Position numbers and translations under genes: made by a program. This document shows, in pieces, positions 58,813 through 64,000 of a stretch of DNA of 64,000 bases. This DNA is from Phoronis australis (Eukaryota > Animalia > Phoronida), in the NCBI GenBank assembly GCA_002633005.1, contig NMRA01000283.1, positions 470,351-534,350 of the forward strand, read 5' to 3'. The notes under the pieces are model-generated. The model was not told where the DNA came from. It did no database searches and saw only the letters and a list, made by a program, of their open reading frames with translations. Position 1 is the first letter of the stretch, and the number at the start of each line of letters is the position of its first letter.

Positions 58813-59128
58813 CACACTACTAGGGTAAGGCAGAAGTTGTGGCTCTGTGGGTAACAACGAACACCTAATGTGAGTACGGCACGCAAAAGAAAACCCCGTA
58901 TCTGTGTAAATACAGCTGATAATTACTTCTGCCCTACCCCACTTTTGCGGCCACACAGCAATTACAAGTGGCGCAAGTTACCCCACCTCGATAATGTGGA
59001 GTAAGTTGTCACACAAGTGGGGTAAGTTGTGCTAATTGAAATAGCGTACAGACAACACTCAAACCTAGCAACGACTTACTTGTTCCAGGAGTAACTTGTA
59101 CTAGGCTTAGTCTATGTGTGGACAGCAT
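58683..59128. mobile_element. Second copy of MITE family B (inverted), containing a (CA)n microsatellite at 58755-58818
   Basis: 58912-58960 is the approximate reverse complement of 53945-53995; ccctccacacac and gtgtggacagc ends. Confidence 0.6.
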
Positions 59129-59172
59129 TATGATACTGTACATAAGACAATTTACACTACAATTTACAGCTG

Positions 59173-61706
59173 TACAAGTACCCTGTAATACAAGGTAATT
59201 TACCATACTTTGTGCAACCCAGACATTCAAGCTAAGCTGAAACACAAATATTACTGTTCACAATCTAATCAATAAGAAAACCAGCATGTGAAAATGGATA
59301 CAAATAGACCTCTGCCAAGTTCAGTAATAAAAATTTATGGCTCTATCCTGGTGCCAATGGTTGGTGAATGCTGATGAACGGAAAGTTTTGTTTTATAGAA
59401 TTGCCTAATGCACAAAATGCATAACGACACTGACACTACGTAAGTACGGGACAACACGAACACTATATTTGCAAGGCAGGGAAAGCTTTTGAAATCGTAA
59501 CATGAGTGCCGTTCATCAGTCTTTCCTGGCCGATGTATTTTGGAATTTCAGAAATATTTCAGGACGAAATACACGGAATTAATTCCGGTTACCTTCCAAA
59601 AGAATTTATGAATAACGAAAACTTACCTCGCCCCTATTGGCAGACACTGACACTGCACAACCGGAATTTTAATTGAACCTACAAACGACGTAGGTCATAA
59701 AAATTTTCCGGCATTAATCCAGCGAAATTTGGTGGCAAACTTGCGTCTCAAAGCAACATAGGAATGCAACTATGGAATCATGCTCACAAACAAAACAGGT
59801 TGGAGAGAGACCAGACGAGTTCATTAATTTCTTCAACAGAAAGTTTCACTGCGATAAACCTGATCTGAAGCCTGTGATTTTAGCTTGACCATATTACCAC
59901 TATATGTAACTTATACTGGCCTTAACCCAATTCTTCTACTATCAGATAATATTGAGATATCAGCTTGTGCAAACTGACCCCCACCTCCTAGTTACACCTC
60001 GTGCAAGGAATGAAAGGTGGTAGAGTCATTAACCAGTAAGTCACATTTAACAATCGGTGCAGTGCAATCGTGATAACGATGATGATAACGAGAAACTCAA
60101 TCATGGTCCACTTCGTCAAGACCCCCCCCCCAACTGTCTTAATCAGCCAGACAAAAAATGAGCGGAGAAAGGAGACAACCAATGATGTGAAATCTCTCCC
60201 ACAACTGCCTACAAGTCATCACAGCCATTCAAACATTACCTTACGTTACATAATCACACCTGGCACCATCCCGGCACAAGAAGAAGGTTGTTCAAACATG
60301 ATTAGCTGGCATTCTGCCAAGAGATGACAGGTTAGAACTAAAGCATCCAACATTAAATGGTTTGCAACAATCACAGAACTCCATCAGCACAACTGCAGTT
60401 GAAAAGTTTCTGGCAAAAGAAACAAAGTTCTCCAGNTACAAGTACCATGTAATACAAGGTAATTTACCATACTCTGTGCAACCCAGACATTCAAGCTAAG
60501 CTGAAACACAAATATTACTGTTCACTACCTAATCAATAAGAAAACCAGCATGTGAAAATGGATACAAATAGACCACTGCCAAGTTCAGTAATAAAAATTT
60601 ATGGCTCTATCATGGTGCCAATGGTTGGTGAATGCTGATGAACCGAAAGTTTTGTTTTATAGAATTGCCTAATGCACAAAATGCATAACGACTCTGACAC
60701 TACGTAAGTACGGGACAACATGAACACTATATTTGCAAGGCAGGGAAAGCTTTTGAAATCGTAACATGAGTGCCGTTCATCAGTCTTTCCTGGCCCGTGT
60801 ATTTTGGAATCTCAGAAATATTTCAGGAAGAAATACACGGAATTAATTCCGGTTACCTTCCAAAAGAATTTATGAATAACGCAAACTTACCTCGCCCCTA
60901 TTGGCAGACACTGACACTGCACGACCGGAATTTTAATTGAATCTACAAACGACGTAAGTTATAAAAAAATTTCCGGCATTAATCCAGCGAAATTTGGTGG
61001 CAAACTTGCGTCTCGATGCAACATAGGAATGCAACTATGGAATCATGCTCACAAACAAAACAGGTTGGAGAGAGACCAGACGAGTTCATTAATTTCTTCA
61101 ACAGAAAGTTTCACTGCAATAAACCTGATCTCAAGCCTGTGATTTTAGCTTGACCGTATTACCACTATATGTAACTTATACTGGCCTTAACCCAATTCTT
61201 CTACTATCAGATAATATTGAGATATCAGCTTGTGCAAACTGACCCCCACCTCCTAGTTACACCTCGTGCAAGGAATAAAAGGTGGTAGAGTCATTAACCA
61301 GTAAGTCACATTTAACAATCGGTGCAGTGCAATCATGATAACGATGATGATAACGAGAAACTCAATCATGGTCCACTTCGTCAAGACCCCCCCCCCATCT
61401 GTCTTAATCAGCCAGACATAAAAAGGGCGGAGGAAGGAGACCAACCAATGTTGTGAAATCTCTCCCATATCAGCTTCTACAAGTCTTCACAGCCATTCAA
61501 ACATTACCTTTCGTTACATAATCACACCTGGCACCATCTGGCACAAGAAGAAGGTTGTTCAAACATGATTAGCTGGCATTCTGCCAAGAGATGACAGGTG
61601 AAAACTAATGCATCCAACCAACATTAAATGGTTAGAAACAATCACAGAACTCCATCAGCACAACTGCAGTTGAAAAGTTTCTGGCAAAAGAAACAAAGTT
61701 CTCCAG
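59173..61706. repeat. Apparent 1.27-kb tandem duplication centred on N60436 (likely haplotype overlap)
   Basis: 59173-60435 aligns with 60437-61706 with scattered SNPs and indels; the junction is the single N. Confidence 0.9.
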
Positions 61707-62241
61707 AACTGAAAACTCAAACCTATCAGGAAACACACCAAAGCCATCAAATGTGCCGGAAGTGCGCAGCAGGTGGCGTTGTTTGTAGTGCAAATATGCT
61801 AACAGTTGCACTATCTTAAGTACACATGTACCTGCTATGTTAGTATTGCACAGCAGCTCCCACTGAAATACATTCACTGAATTTTTTTATACGTCAACTA
61901 ATAAACTGGTCACATTTTTTATTGATAAGCAGTGAATAGCAGTGTTCATAACTGAAAATCAAAGTGCATCGGAAGGCCATTCAGACACTTTGGGCACTTT
62001 TGAAGTGCCTTCAAACAAAGTCACACAGAACTGAGAGGGCACAAAGAGCTTTTCAAGTCCTCCCCTAGACACAGCTGTCAAGATCAATCTCACCACCAGG
62101 TCCACCCCTGATGAATTCAATATGTGAATGACTTTATAAACTGCACATGGCACATTGAACTACACACCTTCCCATGCTTTGTGAGATAGAAGATTATTCC
62201 AACCTGGCATGGTCATTACTCAACATTTACCCACACCAGTC

Positions 62242-62673
62242 ACTTTCCCATTAGAAGCGAAACTTCGCTTTTACTGCAGCTTCGATGTAGTGGGAACACT
62301 AAAAGTGAAGCGTTGTCGAAGTTATCGCTAGAGGTCGCGGCAAAGATATTCGATCGCGCAAAATTCGCCAAACGTGTTCTTTGTTACTGTAGCGTAGTCA
62401 ACTTGCTCTCGACAGACGAATGTAAATAAATAAAAGAAAGCTTGCATAAAATCTGATGAAAAATGACACTGATCATGTTCACAAACACTCGTAAATGGCA
62501 GGCAAACAATTCTCAGTTAGCTTACATCCCACTACTCAAAATTCGTTTAAGAGTACGAATGAACTGTGTCATCTGTTGTTATAACGATAACTTCGATATC
62601 GCCATTAACTGAGGAAGGTAAGCGAAATTTTAGCGAATCTTCGGAAAATCGAAGTTGCCCAATGGGAAAGAGT
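62242..62673. mobile_element. Harbinger-like MITE remnant
   Basis: Ends ACTTTCCCATT and AATGGGAAAGAGT; internal cgaagttatcg / cgataacttcg inverted motifs; CpG-rich relative to flanks. Confidence 0.5.
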
Positions 62674-63108
62674 TTACAAAGAAGATTTGGAAGGAATGTT
62701 GAGCCATGAAATCAAAACTAACGATCTCTAAGAACGCCTTGCAGAGGATGAATACCTAGAATGTACATGTTTAAAAACTTCCAGTCCAAGACATTTCATT
62801 GTGTTGGTAGCAAGTGGAGTGAAGTTGGACTTACAAACCGAAAGCTGTTTTCACACATGGGGAACAATTGTCACGGCACAACTTGATCCACTTTAGTCGC
62901 ATTTATACAGCATTACACGAAGACTATCCGTGCATGCTTCCATAAACAATAGCAAACATCCAAACTGCTTAGAATACTAGTGACTCACCCCTTATCACCA
63001 TTACAAAGGTGTAACAGAGATGATCCCTTCTCCCTTGCCCCAGTTTGTGTTTAGACTTATAGTTGACACTGGAGCAACTCATCAGTGCAACTTACTCTTT
63101 CTCTCAAG

Positions 63109-63258
63109 CTGGTGTCAAGAATGATAGACAGTGTCCCCTTGCTCCTGGTGTCAAGAATGACAGACACAGTGTCCCCTTGCTCCTGGTGTCAAGAATGACA
63201 GACACAGTGTCCCCTTGCTTCTGGTGTCAAGAATGACAGCCACAGTGTTCCCTTACTC
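63109..63258. repeat. Minisatellite, about 38-bp unit, 4 copies
   Basis: ctggtgtcaagaatgacagacacagtgtccccttgctc repeated. Confidence 0.92.
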
Positions 63259-64000
63259 CGTGTTAGGTGTCTATACATACATTTGCGCCCAATCACCTGT
63301 TCCCTGTTAACTGCTCAGTGACAACTGTCACCCGCGTAAATGCGGTTTAAAACATTTCAATCCGTGGATGAAGCTAGACTTAGACAACAACATGGAGTGC
63401 GATGACTGCTAGTCATTGAACAAAAAATTCAAAGCACAATAATGAATGTTTTCCATTTTCTGACCATTTCAACACCATATCAAAGCCATACAATAGGACA
63501 ATAGTTGAAATATGACTGAATAAGTGTAATACTGCTCTAAATTAGAGTCTGTATCTAACAAACTGGGCATTCGAAACAAGGTAGAAACTTAACTGCTTTG
63601 ATGCAGGTGTGCATGTGTTTATGGAAGTTATTACAATCAAGTTATACACCTAGCAATTCAAGAGTTTGGCACCAACATAAAGAATTTTTTGGGAAAGGAT
63701 GAGAGTGTCTCTGGCGTTGGTTATTGTGAAAAGTGTTTCATCATCTCATTTACAGCGTTTCTAGTAACAGATCTAACTTCATCAGATAAAATCATCAAAG
63801 TGTGGACGATACACTTACCACCAGTGAAACTAAAAAAGGTACAAATTCATTGACACTACACACAGAATTATTTACAACCATGCTGGAGAACGTAGCTGCC
63901 TACATTTAGCACATCAAAACGCTACTTGTGACAGTTACAAGGTCCAAACAATCTAAAATACCGTGGGTCTTAACATAGAAAAAGTTGGGTGACAAAAGAA

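Noticed and set aside
59621-59760. Non-coding first exon of ANKRD11/12 ending at the GAG|GTAAGT donor at 59626
   Set aside because: A good donor alone is insufficient; similar isolated donors occur near 35860 and 63817, and the true first exon may lie outside the window

Overview
Eukaryotic, AT-rich, intron-rich invertebrate animal genomic DNA; no prokaryotic features, CRISPR arrays, rRNA or intact tRNA genes were seen. One host gene dominates: a minus-strand ANKRD11/ANKRD12 (ANCO) co-orthologue. I could splice it by hand into 11 coding exons from ATG 50768 to TGA 17562 (2799 nt, about 932 aa). All introns are GT-AG with compatible phases. It encodes the LSERQQ motif, ankyrin repeats, a low-complexity/polyQ middle and the conserved C-terminal domain. 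A probable 3' UTR of about 3 kb follows, and two upstream AUGs sit just before the start codon. Positions 1-14300 are a dense set of decayed transposons: Academ-like, piggyBac, CR1/L2-group LINE, nested Gypsy LTR pieces, LINE ORF1, tRNA-like palindromic repeat and an RTE-like 3' end. The introns hold a structurally complete 1032-bp non-autonomous Helitron, a fold-back palindrome, Harbinger/hAT-type MITEs and minisatellites. A TTAA-flanked Kolobok-like element with a THAP remnant and further MITEs lie upstream of the start-codon exon. Two 1.3-1.6 kb tandem duplications are each centred on a single N and are most likely uncollapsed haplotype overlaps. I found no convincing novel multi-gene system; the best leads are regulatory or structural.
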